Below are positions 12,761 to 25,063 of a DNA stretch of 64,000 bases, piece after piece. The notes under the pieces were generated by a model, which ran no database searches, was not told the DNA's origin, and saw only the letters and a list, made by a program, of their open reading frames with translations. Position 1 is the stretch's first letter, and each line of letters begins with the position of its first letter. Made by a program: the position numbers and the translations under genes. The DNA is from Lytechinus pictus (Eukaryota), in NCBI RefSeq assembly GCF_037042905.1, contig NC_087245.1, positions 44,022,001 to 44,086,000 on the forward strand. Reading direction: 5' to 3'.

Positions 12761-15162
12761 AAGAAACCCTTGGGCTTGGCAGGAATTGCCGAGAAATGAA
12801 TTTACAGATCCCACTATTGGAAATTCACCAAGACAAAAACTTCGAAGTGAAATTACCCGCCAGAAAAGGTTTGAGCGAAATCCATTAAAAATTAGAAAGA
12901 TTGGAATTCTATTTCTAACTCGCATGTGCATGTCATTGATTGTCAATGGGGCCTGGAGACTTGGAGTGGGGGGATGGCGGGGGATGGCCCTTTCGCTTTC
13001 CTGGACTTGGATATATTCTCTTAAATCCTGCATTTTTCACGTTGTTGTAGTTTCAAGTTATATTGATTTAGTACAATTCTGATTTATAATTGGTATTTTG
13101 TTAGTCTATTATTGTATGGTAGTGGATCGTATTACTATTATTACCGAACACTTTTCATGAATTCAATCATATCATATCAAAGTAAACTAGGCCCTGCCCC
13201 TGGCCTAGTCTAGCCTAGGGTGTCTGGAGAAAAATATTATTTTTCTTATTTCAAGAAAATATCACATTTTCTTTGTGAATTTGAAGAGAAATGACCTTCA
13301 GACTGACAGAAATGTAACATTTTTGAAAAAAATCTGATTATTGGCTGCAAAAAAGAAGAATGAAATTAGGTCAATTTTCAGCATTTCTCTGCCATAGGCA
13401 TAGACAGACTGTGTAGTTAAGAAATGGACACACACAAATCCAAATTTTTAGCTTCCGAGAGCTGTTATAAATTTATTATTAATGCCAAAAACTTGTCCAT
13501 AAAGAGTCCAATAGGATTTTTTATGCTCTTTCTGACGGTATGATTTTTATAAAGATTTGGAAACCAGATCACAATGAAAAATTGCGACAAAGTGAAAAAA
13601 TTGTGCAAAACAGAAATTTCATTTTCCCATAGAAAACGCATGGGGAAATGGCAATCTCAACACACACAAAAATAAGGGTTTGCAATTTATCTCTAAATCC
13701 TTATTTAAAATGATCATATAAACTTGTCCTTACTGTCAAAAGAAGCCCCTGAATTTTCTCTTTCTATTCATGCCAAACACAAGTTAATAATCAATTCAGA
13801 TCACATTTTTCTAGTAGCCTGAACTACCCGAAAAAAATGTGCCATATTTTCCCCTAAATCAGCCTGTCTTATGCTGACACTTTTCAGTGTGGCTTCAGAC
13901 ACCCTAATCAAACACACTATCCTCATATTCATAATTCATAAAATTCACCAAACTCACCATGAATACACAATTACCTACAAAATATAAATATGTAAAAATT
14001 TGGCCGAAATCGTTTTTCCTATTTACGATATTAGCTTCCAATCGGACCCCTCTTCGCATGTGAAATATTTTGGTCACTTGAAAAAGTATCGTATTACCGA
14101 ACGTGTGTTTTCTATGGGAAAAGTTGAGAAAACAAAGTCACTGATGCGCTATTTTGACCATATCTTATTGTTTTTCGAATATTAAGACTTTGAAATTGTG
14201 TTTTTGACAATTTTTCATCATCTTTTCATTCAAGTTCTCTTTGAAAGGATGTTGCAAAATTTTGAGCGTATGGAATTATTTTCTGATGCGTATGATGCGC
14301 ACGTTCGGTAATAGAAAATACAAGGCCGGTCGGTAATACAATCACTCAGTAGTATAATTGACATTGTCGATATGCTTCAGTGATTTGCACAATTGTTAGA
14401 CTTATCCGCTACTATGAGCATGTATGAGTATGAGTATCATGTAAATAGGCTCTGATCAGTTTAACAACTTTTCATGCATCATGGATTATTATATTATATT
14501 ATATTATAGCTATGGGGAAAAGGGTGAGCTACATTGTACATTACCCCCCTTGATTACTGCTTAAATCTTTGTTCGCTGGGCCATGAACCCCTCTGACTCT
14601 GAGCACTGAATTATTTTTAGGGAGAGAAACAATGCATCGTTTGTTATAGAGCGTGAAATGCGAAGTTCACACGGCACAGAGTGTGCATGCATCAGTGCGA
14701 AGTGTCTACCTAGAAAGGGTTAATTCCTCTTGATGGGCGAAAAAGGGCACCAGATAAGAATAATAATTCAAATTTAAAAAATAATGAATGAAATCAGCTT
14801 ATCACCTTTTCGAAATATATGATGGAAAATACTGAATTTTTATGACAAACACAGGGTCAGGTTCTTCTTTGATCGTTCGCTGTCATGTATGTTTATACAG
14901 CTTGCATTGAGCATACAAATGTGCCAACCAATCATATTCGCGCTACCATTTTCAGGTCATGAACTGAAAATTGTAATAAGGACGTGATTGGCTGGCGTGT
15001 TTGTAGCTGTAGAATGAAGAAGTTACTGAAGAGTAATAAAGACAGTTTGTGTCAGCGATGAGTCTGCCAATAGTTTCTATCTTTTCCAATACCAGAAATT
15101 TGTATTTTGCCAATTGCCATAAAATAATTTCTTATTATGTTATTTCTGATTTTAGAGAAGCT

Positions 15163-15210
15163 ATGATGGCGAAGAGACTCTCTGCATACCGGCTGAAATC
15201 ACTACATCGG
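15163..15210 (+). CDS. METTL15: Probable first coding exon of METTL15 (MMAKRLSAYRLKSLHR), mitochondrial-targeting-like; 3' boundary uncertain
   Basis: TTTAG acceptor at ~15155, ATG at 15163, basic peptide with no acidic residues. Phase-0 donor CGG|GTGATA at 15210, or alternatively GTT|GTAGGT at 15303; either fits the phase-0 acceptor at 16245. No recognisable homology. Confidence 0.45.
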
Positions 15211-16244
15211 GTGATACTAGACCTGCAGGAAGGCTTCCCTTTAAACATACTTCTTAGAGGAGCTTCTGGGAGAGGAAGGAGCAGAGAGAATCCTAATATT
15301 GTTGTAGGTTTAAATTCTGCCAAGTATAAATAAATGTACTGTAGAGTGGCCGAATGTTCAGATACACCTCACAAAAACAGTCGTAAACAAGCAAACTCAA
15401 ATCATATCAAACAGCCAGAAGCACCAAATAACAGGGGCCGCGGAAGTGGGGAGGGGCTTTTTTTTTCCAAAACCATGTACAAAAACGTAAAAATGACCAT
15501 ACGATTGTGATTTTTTGCATAATCAGCCCCCCCCCCTTCCACTTCGAAAACCGTTCCGCGGCCCCTAAATAAGAAGAACTTAAAATATAATTGTAGCTGA
15601 ACTAAACTCAAAATAAAGATGTCAACAAAATGAAGTCCAGTGATGCTCTGATTTATTGGCCTGAAATCCAGACCTCACTAGACATTGCCTTTACAAATAA
15701 TATATTCAAATATATTCAAAAATAGTGTCACATGATAAAGAACCCAGAAAAGTGGAAGAATCAAGGGTGAAAGGTGAACCAATGAGGATGAGATAGGATG
15801 ATATGAATGTAAATGAGAAAAGGACAATAGAAACATGTGGAGCTGCATGGAGTTGGAATGGCAATGGAATGACATGATGTAGAAACTAAGGAATGAGAGA
15901 AACAGGTGTGTAACAATGGTATAGAAATGGGAAGTGAAGAGAAGTATGGAAAGCAAAGTGTGAAATAAACAATTAGATTAAACATGGCAAAATTCAACCC
16001 TTACAGTACTGTAGTAGGGTGATAAAAGGGGAAGTTCACTGTGACAAGAAGTTGGTTTTAATCCCATAAAAACAGAAAAAAATAAAGAGGAAAAAATAGA
16101 TGGGAACTTTGCATTTGATTTTCAATTGTTTTGTGAAAAGAACTAATGCATCTAACCTGCAGTCGTGCGGTACATATGGCCTCCGCCTTGATATTTTAAT
16201 GCCCATATGATTAATTAGCTTTCTTCTTCATAAAATCTTTTCAG

Positions 16245-16328
16245 GAGGATCAGAGAGTAGCTGATAGTCTCCATAAACCAGTCATGGTAAAAGAAGTGCT
16301 GTCATTCTTTGCTCCACAAGAAAACCAG
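16245..16328 (+). CDS. METTL15: METTL15 coding exon (EDQRVADSLHKPVMVKEVLSFFAPQENQ)
   Basis: RsmH/MraW N-terminal HxPVM..EV motif; TTTTCAG acceptor and CAG|GTGAGA donor; 84 nt, phase 0/0. Confidence 0.9.
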
Positions 16329-16629
16329 GTGAGACAACATATTTATCAATTGGTAAAAAGATGTGGATTTTGTCAATATACACTTAAAATTTCATGTATT
16401 TTTTCTTCCTGAAGTATTTCAATTAAAACATGTGTTGCTTTTAGGAAATAGAAAGTTGGGCATGTATGTGCGGTCTTGTTTATGTTGATATTGAAGGTAA
16501 GTTGGAAGAGTGTAATAAAAATAATTGGTTAGAACACCACCATAGAATCCATAGCCTATGCCATGGCATGGCATTAACATCTGTAGACATCCACATTCCA
16601 TCCATATTCAATCATTCAATCCAATTTGT

Positions 16630-17190
16630 TTATTAACCATATAAAATATTCAAATACAATGTAAAATAACAAATACATGTAAATGCATAAATGTATAAAT
16701 TAAAAATACATGTTTTATCATACTTGATTGCCAACTTATTGGAATCAAACCAGTCGATAAGTTTGCGGAGTTCTTCACTTGTCTTACGCTGGAGTATATC
16801 AAAATCTTTGTGTGAAGAGACAATTTCGGTATCATCAAACAAAATGAAATGGAAAAATGAAGAAACATTACATTAATCATTGACATATATAGAACAGAAA
16901 AAGCAGGGGGCTGAGTATGGACCCCTGCGGAATTTCGCATTCAACATTGGAAAAAGATGAGTCATTATTATTGAAGGTTGTGTATTGTTTCCTATTTGAT
17001 AGATAACTGAAAAGTTACACCACGAATTCCAAAATATGGCAATTTATATAAAAGAATGTTATGGTCGGTCAAGTCGAATGCTTTTGACAAATCAAGAAAG
17101 ATACCGAATGAATGGAAATTATTGTGAATATTATGTAATAAGATATCATGCAATTCAATCAAAGTATGTTCACAAGAATGAGTATTATCA
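16630..17190 (-). mobile_element. Degenerate CR1/L2-type LINE reverse transcriptase fragment in a METTL15 intron
   Basis: Minus-strand FLDLSKAFD, IPQGSILSPLLF and decayed catalytic FDD motifs with frameshifts. Confidence 0.8.
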
Positions 17191-17424
17191 TTGCTAAAAG
17201 GTCAAGTTAATCCCAACAATGAGGCAACAACAATTAAAAAGACAATTTGAACAAGCATAACACTAGGAAATCATTAAAATCAGATTTAAAAAACATGGAA
17301 AGTTATAAAATTTTGCAGTTATGCTTCCATTCACGTACCAGTTGTCTACTCAAGTTTTGCTCAGTGACATGTTCAACCGATGGCATATTTTTATTTTCTG
17401 TATCAATTCTTCAAGTACCTGTAG

Positions 17425-17745
17425 TAATAATAATAATAATGCATGAGATTTGTATAGCGCACTTTCCATCTTGATTAGAAGCTCAAAATACTTCAGAGCA
17501 GAACAACAACAATAGCTATTTACATAACATGTCTGAAAAATATGTCTATCAAAAAGCACTCAAACAGGTATGTTTTCAGGTTGCCCTTAAAGGTGGTCAC
17601 TGAAGTCTGGGTTTTCAAACTCTGTGGAAGAGAATTCCACAGGTTAGGCACTGCATGAGCACTGCAAGGCCCATTTCCTGCATGATTTCTTAGCAACTGG
17701 AATTTGTAAGAGATTAGATGATGAGGATCGTAAGGTTCATGAGGG
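17425..17745 (-). mobile_element. 3' end fragment of an L2/CR1-like LINE
   Basis: Minus-strand PNLWNSLP C-terminal motif followed by AAAGTGCGCTATACAAAT and a (TAT)n tail. Confidence 0.6.
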
Positions 17746-17799
17746 TTGGTAATTATGCATCAAATTCTAGTTAATTTAGATTTTTTTTTTACCCTACAG

Positions 17800-17936
17800 G
17801 TTTTTGTAGACATGACCTTTGGTGGAGGTGGACATACGCAAGAACTGATTAAATCTGCTCCAGGAATCAAAGTTTATGGTCTTGATAGAGATCCTTTTGC
17901 TTATGAGCTTGCACAGAAACTCAGTCTGCATTACAG
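17800..17936 (+). CDS. METTL15: METTL15 coding exon (VFVDMTFGGGGHTQELIKSAPGIKVYGLDRDPFAYELAQKLSLHY-R)
   Basis: SAM-binding DxTxGxGGH and DRD motifs of the RsmH family; CAG acceptor and AG|GTAAGT donor; 137 nt. Confidence 0.96.
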
Positions 17937-18456
17937 GTAAGTCAAGGTGCTCTTATTGTCATTCAATGGCCAAGCCAGAACCAGATAGCATATGTACCAT
18001 TCTATGTTCGCCTGCAGTAGCGAAGCAAGCTAAAAGTTTTGATGGGACGCAGCATCGCAAGTGGAGTGAAATTTGTAAGTCTTGAGTGAGCTATTAAGTG
18101 ATAGATTTTAATCTGATTTTCAGAAAAAAAATATATAATTTCACCATTTTTTTTTTTCATTTTCTTTTTTTTTTGCAGACTTTTTTTTCTTGGGGGGGGG
18201 GGGGGTCTTTAAATTTTTTAGGGGATCCAGTACCCCTGTAAGACCCCCTCCATCTTAAGGCCAGTGTTCATCAGTACACACACCCAATCAGACTTTACCA
18301 CGTTTGTGGAAAGCCACATATTGAGACCTTTGTAAGGTGTAATGCGCTAAACAAAAACTGTTATTATTATTATATCTGTCACTATTCTTGTTATGAGAGA
18401 CAAAGAGAGACAAACATCTTAATGGAAAATTCAAAATGTTTGAAAACTGATTTTAA

Positions 18457-19180
18457 CCCTAAATCTCCCGGGGTATTTTGATTCTTGTCATTCGGGGGGG
18501 GGGGGCCATTATGGCCCCCCTTAAGATCTCGGCCGCGGATTGCACGATCACAACGAAAATTTGCATGATGGTAGAGAATGAACTAATCTACGCAGTTGCA
18601 TTGGTAAATTTCACTGAATTCATATATTTGCATTTTATATGAATTAATTATGCTAATTTATTCATGAAATCATACTTTTTGGTCTGATTCACTAAATAAA
18701 GCTCCTAGAATGCTATTTTTTGGTGAAAATATTCTTTATAGCATTCCTAACAATTGTGAATGAAAATTCTTATGTATTTTATCGTTTTTTTAATTATGTA
18801 TTTCTCTTTTTTTATATTTTTTTTAATTGTTTTTTCAATGGAAATCATTCCAGACTTTATACTGAGCAAAAACAAGGCAAAATTAATTGAGTTTAATCAG
18901 TAAAAGTAGAAATAATGATACATTTATGAATTTTGGCTAAATACACAATTTGCATTGGATTTGTACATGAAATCACGTTTATGAGCAATTTTGGGTCTGA
19001 CATGCACTTACATAGTGTTGTAACCGCGTAACCGGGCGTCACAAATTTGGTCTCAAAATTTCACGAGACTTGAAAGTAAAAAGTCAGTGAGCGGCGATGT
19101 CAAAAACTTTTGCGCAGCAGATATGTCGCGAAAATTGTCGAGTTATGGCCCCCCCCCCCCCCCCCCCCGGAGAATTAGGG
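18457..19180. mobile_element. piggyBac-like non-autonomous element
   Basis: TTAA|CCCTAAATCTCCCGGGG ... CCCCGGAGAATTAGGG|TTAA: CCC/GGG termini with TTAA TSD at 18453-18456 and 19181-19184. Confidence 0.8.
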
Positions 19181-19350
19181 TTAACTCCCAATATGCGGTA
19201 CGTACTGTAGCATTAGTGATTGTCTCCAGTCCTGAATCGCTCAAAGATAGATTGTGTAATACGTCCCAGACATTTGATTGGATTTGAACCCAAAACCTTC
19301 CTATTCAAGGACCTTGGCTGTTCCCCACAGATCATCACATTTTTTTTGTT

Positions 19351-22300
19351 CATGTCTTTCCCACCCTTATTGAATCTTTACAGAGGTCAGCTGTGTCCTT
19401 TGCTCACTTGTCTTTCCCACCCTTATTGAATCTTTACAGAGGTCAGCTGTGTCCTTTGCTCACATGCCTTTCCCACCCTTATTGAATCTTTACAGAGGTC
19501 AGCTGTGTCCTTTGCTCACATGTCTTTCCCACCCTTATTGAATCTTTACAGAGGTCAGCTGTGTCCTTTGCTCACATGCCTTTCCCACCCTTATTGAATC
19601 TTTACAGGGGTCAGCTGTGTCCTTTGCTCACATGTCTTTCCCACCCTTATTGAATCTTTACAGAGGTCAGCTGTGTCCTTTGCTCACATGCCTTTCCCAC
19701 CCTTATTGAATCTTTACAGAGGTCAGCTGTGTCCTTTGCTCACATGCCTTTCCCACCCTTATTGAATCTTTACAGAGGTCAGCTGTGTCCTTTGCTCACA
19801 TGTCTTTCCCACCCTTATTGAATCTTTACAGGGGTCACCTGTGTCCTTTGCTCACATGTCTTTCCCAACCTTATTGAATCTTTACAGGGGTCAGCTGTGT
19901 CCTTTGCTCACATGCCTTTCCCACCCTTATTGAATCTTTACAGAGGTCAGCTGTGTCCTTTGCTCACATGTCTTTCCCACCCTTATTGAATCTTTACAGA
20001 GGTCAGCTGTGTCCTTTGCTCACATGCCTTTCCCACCCTTATTGAATCTTTACAGGGGTCAGCTGTGTCCTTTGCTCACATGTCTTTCCCACCCTTATTG
20101 AATCTTTACAGAGGTCAGCTGTGTCCTTTGCTCACATGCCTTTCCCACCCTTATTGAATCTTTACAGAGGTCAGCTGTGTCCTTTGCTCACATGCCTTTC
20201 CCACCCTTATTGAATCTTTACAGAGGTCAGCTGTGTCCTTTGCTCACATGTCTTTCCCACCCTTATTGAATCTTTACAGAGGTCACCTGTGTCCTTTGCT
20301 CACATGTCTTTCCCAACCTTATTGAATCTTTACAGAGGTCAGCTGTGTCCTTTGCTCACATGTCTTTCCCAACCTTATTGAATCTTTACAGAGGTCACCT
20401 GTGTCCTTTGCTCACATGCCTTTCCCACCCTTATTGAATCTTTACAGGGGTCAGCTGTGTCCTTTGCTCACATGCCTTTCCCACCCTTATTGAATCTTTA
20501 CAGAGGTCAGCTGTGTCATTTGCTCACATGTCTTTCCCACCCTTATTGAATCTTTACAGGGGTCAGCTGTGTCCTTTGCTCACATGTCTTTCCCACCCTT
20601 ATTGAATCTTTACAGGGGTCAGCTGTGTCCTTTGCTCACATGCCTTTCCCATCCTTATTGAATCTTTACAGGGGTCAGCTGTGTCCTTTGCTCACATGCC
20701 TTTCCCACCCTTATTGAATCTTTACAGAGGTCAGCTGTGTCCTTTGCTCACATGCCTTTCTCACCCTTATTGAATCTTTACAGAGGTCAGCTGTGTCCTT
20801 TGCTCACATGCCTTTCCCACCCTTATTGAATCTTTACAGAGGTCAGCTGTGTCCTTTGCTCACATGCCTTTCCCACCCTTATTGAATCTTTACAGGGGTC
20901 AGCTGTGTCCTTTGCTCACATGCCTTTCCCACCCTTATTGAATCTTTACAGAGGTCAGCTGTGTCCTTTGCTCACATGTCTTTCCCACCCTTATTGAATC
21001 TTTACAGGGGTCAGCTGTGTCCTTTGCTCACATGCCTTTCCCATCCTTATTGAATCTTTACAGGGGTCAGCTGTGTCCTTTGCTCACATGCCTTTCCCAC
21101 CCTTATTGAATCTTTACAGGGGTCAGCTGTGTCCTTTGCTCACATGTCTTTCCCACCCTTATTGAATCTTTACAGAGGTCACCTGTGTCCTTTGCTCACA
21201 TGTCTTTCCCACCCTTATTGAATCTTTACAGAGGTCAGCTGTGTCCTTTGCTCACATGTCTTTCCCACCCAAATTGAATCTTTACAGAGGTCAGCTGTGT
21301 CCTTTGCTCACATGCCTTTCCCACCCTTATTGAATCTTTACAGAGGTCAGCTGTGTCCTTTGCTCACATGTCTTTCCCACCCAAATTGAATCTTTACAGA
21401 GGTCAGCTGTGTCCTTTGCTCACATGCCTTTCCCACCCTTATTGAATCTTTACAGGGGTCAGCTGTGTCCTTTGCTCACATGTCTTTCCCACCCTTATTG
21501 AATCTTTACAGAGGTCAGCTGTGTCCTTTGCTCACATGCCTTTCCCACCCTTATTGAATCTTTACAGGGGTCAGCTGTGTCCTTTGCTCACATGCCTTTC
21601 CCATCCTTATTGAATCTTTACAGGGGTCAGCTGTGTCCTTTGCTCACATGTCTTTCCCACCCTTATTGAATCTTTACAGAGGTCAGCTGTGTCCTTTGCT
21701 CACATGCCTTTCCCACCCTTATTGAATCTTTACAGAGGTCAGCTGTGTCCTCTGCTCACATGCCTTTCCCACCCTTATTGAATCTTTACAGAGGTCAGCT
21801 GTGTCCTTTGCTCACATGCCTTTCCCACCCTTATTTAATCTTTACAGGGGTCAGCTGTGTCCTTTGCTCACATGCCTTTCCCACCCTTATTGAATCTTTA
21901 CAGAGGTCAGCTGTGTCCTTTGCTCACATGTCTTTCCCACCCAAATTGAATCTTTACAGAGGTCAGCTGTGTCCTTTGCTCACATGCCTTTCCCACCCTT
22001 ATTGAATCTTTACAGGGGTCAGCTGTGTCCTTTGCTCACATGCCTTTCCCACCCTTATTGAATCTTTACAGGGGTCAGCTGTGTCCTTTGCTCACATGTC
22101 TTTCCCACCCTTATTGAATCTTTACAGAGGTCAGCTGTGTCCTTTGCTCACATGCCTTTCCCACCCTTATTGAATATTTACAGGGGTCAGCTGTGTCCTT
22201 TGCTCACATGCCTTTCCCACCCTTATTGAATCTTTACAGAGGTCAGCTGTGTCCTTTGCTCACATGTCTTTCCCACCCTTATTGAATCTTTACAGAGGTC

Positions 22301-24785
22301 AGCTGTGTCCTTTGCTCACATGTCTTTCCCACCCTTATTGAATCTTTACAGAGGTCAGCTGTGTCCTTTGCTTGCATGCCTTTCCCACCCTTATTGAATC
22401 TTTACAGAGGTCAGCTGTGTCCTTTGCTCACATGCCTTTCCCACCCTTATTGAATCTTTACAGGGGTCAGCTGTGTCCTTTGCTCACATGTCTTTCCCAC
22501 CCTTATTGAATCTTTACAGAGGTCAGCTGTGTCCTTTGCTCACATGTCTTTCCCACCCTTATTGAATCTTTACAGAGGTCACCTGTGTCCTTTGCTCACA
22601 TGTCTTTCCCACCCTTATTGAATCTTTACAGAGGTCAGCTGTGTCCTTTGCTCACATGTCTTTCCCACACTTATTGAATCTTTACAGAGGTCTGCCGTGT
22701 CCTTTGCTCACATGCCTTTCCCACCCTTATTGAATCTTTACAGAGGTCAGCTGTGTCCTTTGCTCACATGTCTTTCCCACCCTTATTGAATCTTTACAGA
22801 GGTCAGCTGTGTCCTGTGCTCACATGTCTTTCCCACCCTTATTGAATCTTTACAGAGGTCAGCTGTGTCCTTTGCTTGCATGCCTTTCCCACCCTGATTG
22901 AATCTTTACAGAGGTCAGCTGTGTCCTTTGCTCACATGCCTTTCCCACCCTTATTGAATCTTTACAGAGGTCAGCTGTGTCCTTTGCTCACATGTCTTTC
23001 CCACCTTTATTGAATCTTTACAGGGGTCAGCTGTGTCCTTTGCTCACATGCCTTTCCCACCCTTATTGAATCTTTACAGAGGTCAGCTGTGTCCTTTGCT
23101 CACATGTCTTTCCCACCCAAATTGAATCTTTACAGAGGTCAGCTGTGTCCTTTGCTCACATGCCTTTCCCACCCTTATTGAATCTTTACAGGGGTCAGCT
23201 GTGTCCTTTGCTCACATGCCTTTCCCACCCTTATTGAATCTTTACAGAGGTCAGCTGTGTCCTTTGCTCACATGCCTTTCCCACCCTTATTGAATCTTTA
23301 CAGGGGTCAGCTGTGTCCTTTGCTCACATGCCTTTCCCATCCTTATTGAATCTTTACAGGGGTCAGCTGTGTCCTTTGCTCACATGTCTTTCCCACCCTT
23401 ATTGAATCTTTACAGAGGTCAGCTGTGTCCTTTGCTCACATGCCTTTCCCACCCTTATTTAATCTTTACAGAGGTCAGCTGTGTCCTTTGCTCACATGCC
23501 TTTCCCACCCTTATTGAATCTTTACAGAGGTCAGCTGTGTCCTTTGCTCACATGCCTTTCCCACCCTTATTGAATCTTTACAGGGGTCAGCTGTGTCCTT
23601 TGCTCACATGCCTTTCCCTTCCTTATTGAATCTTTACAGAGGTCAGCTGTGTCCTTTGCTCACATGTCTTTCCCACCCTTATTGAATCTTTACAGGGGTC
23701 AGCTGTGTCCTTTGCTCACATGCCTTTCCCATCCTTATTGAATCTTTACAGGGGTCAGCTGTGTCCTTTGCTCACATGCCTTTCCCACCCTTATTGAATC
23801 TTTACAGGGGTCAGCTGTGTCCTTTGCTCACATGTCTTTCCCACCCTTATTGAATCTTTACAGAGGTCACCTGTGTCCTTTGCTCACATGTCTTTCCCAC
23901 CCTTATTGAATCTTTACAGAGGTCAGCTGTGTCCTTTGCTCACATGTCTTTCCCACCCTTATTGAATCTTTACAGAGGTCAGCTGTGTCCTTTGCTCACA
24001 TGCCTTTCCCACCCTTATTGAATCTTTACAGGGGTCAGCTGTGTCCTTTGTTCACATGTCTTTCCCACCCTTATTGAATCTTTACAGAGGTCAGCTGTGT
24101 CCTTTGCTCACATGCCTTTCCCACCCTTATTGAATCTTTACAGGGGCCAGCTGTGTCCTTTGCTCACATGCCTTTCCCACCCTTATTGAATCTTTACAGA
24201 GGTCAGCTGTGTCCTTTGCTCACATGTCTTTCCCACCCTTATTGAATCTTTACAGAGGTCAGCTGTGTCCTTTGCTCACATGTCTTTCCCACCCTTATTG
24301 AATCTTTACAGAGGTCAGCTGTGTCCTTTGCTTGCATGCTTTTCCCACCCTTATTGAATCTTTACAGAGGTCAGCTGTGTCCTTTGCTCACATGCCTTTC
24401 CCACCCTTATTGAATCTTTACAGGGGTCAGCTGTGTCCTTTGCTCACATGTCTTTCCCACCCTTATTGAATCTTTACAGAGGTCAGCTGTGTCCTTTGCT
24501 CACATGTCTTTCCCACCCTTATTCAATCTTTACAGAGGTCAGCTTTGTCCTTTGCTCACATGCCTTTCCCACCCTTATTGAATCTTTACAGGGGTCAGCT
24601 GTGTCCTTTGCTCACATGTCTTTCCCACCCTTATTGAATCTTTACAGAGGTCAGCTGTGTCCTTTGCTCACATGTCTTTCCCACCCTTATTGAATCTTTA
24701 CAGAGGTCACCTGTGTCCTTTGCTGACATGTCTTTCCCACCCTTATTGAATCTTTACAGAGGTCACCTGTGTCCTTTGCTCACAT
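19351..24785 (+). repeat. 56-bp minisatellite, 97 copies, derived from the splice acceptor of the METTL15 exon at 25064
   Basis: Unit CATGYCTTTCCCACCCTTATTGAATCTTTACAGRGGTCAGCTGTGTCCTTTGCTCA. First unit at 19351, last at 24727 (difference 96 x 56). Near-identical to 25028-25086. Confidence 0.97.
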
Positions 24786-25063
24786 TAACAAGCTTCTGAA
24801 TGGAAAATTCAAAGTGTTTGAATTTGATAAGGGTTATTGGAAATACACTTCCATAATATTGTCAAATACTAGTAGGAGAAATATGTGGTGTATAGCATAA
24901 GAAATTGCCCTCAGTCCTGAATAGCTCAAAAACAGCTTTGTGAAATGCACCCCAGACATTAGCTTGGATTTCAAGCCCTTCCTAGTCAAAGAACTTTGAT
25001 GTACCCCACAGATCATTGCATCCTTTTCATGCCTCTACCCACCCATCATTGAATCTTTTACAG

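Noticed and set aside
19270..19330. B-box-like GGTTCAAATCC on the minus strand (possible tRNA)
   Set aside because: No cloverleaf or acceptor stem could be built; at most a decayed tRNA-derived SINE head within the duplicated block.
19351..24785. CRISPR-like appearance and 86-aa ORFs within the 56-bp array
   Set aside because: No unique spacers, eukaryotic context and no cas genes. The ORFs arise where single variants remove the TGA; GQLCPLL simply reflects the copied exon start.
19351..24785. Reiterated E-boxes (CAGCTG, CACATG) and AGGTCA half-sites as a possible enhancer array
   Set aside because: Short motifs largely inherited from the copied exon start and unit junction; nothing in the sequence distinguishes function from chance.
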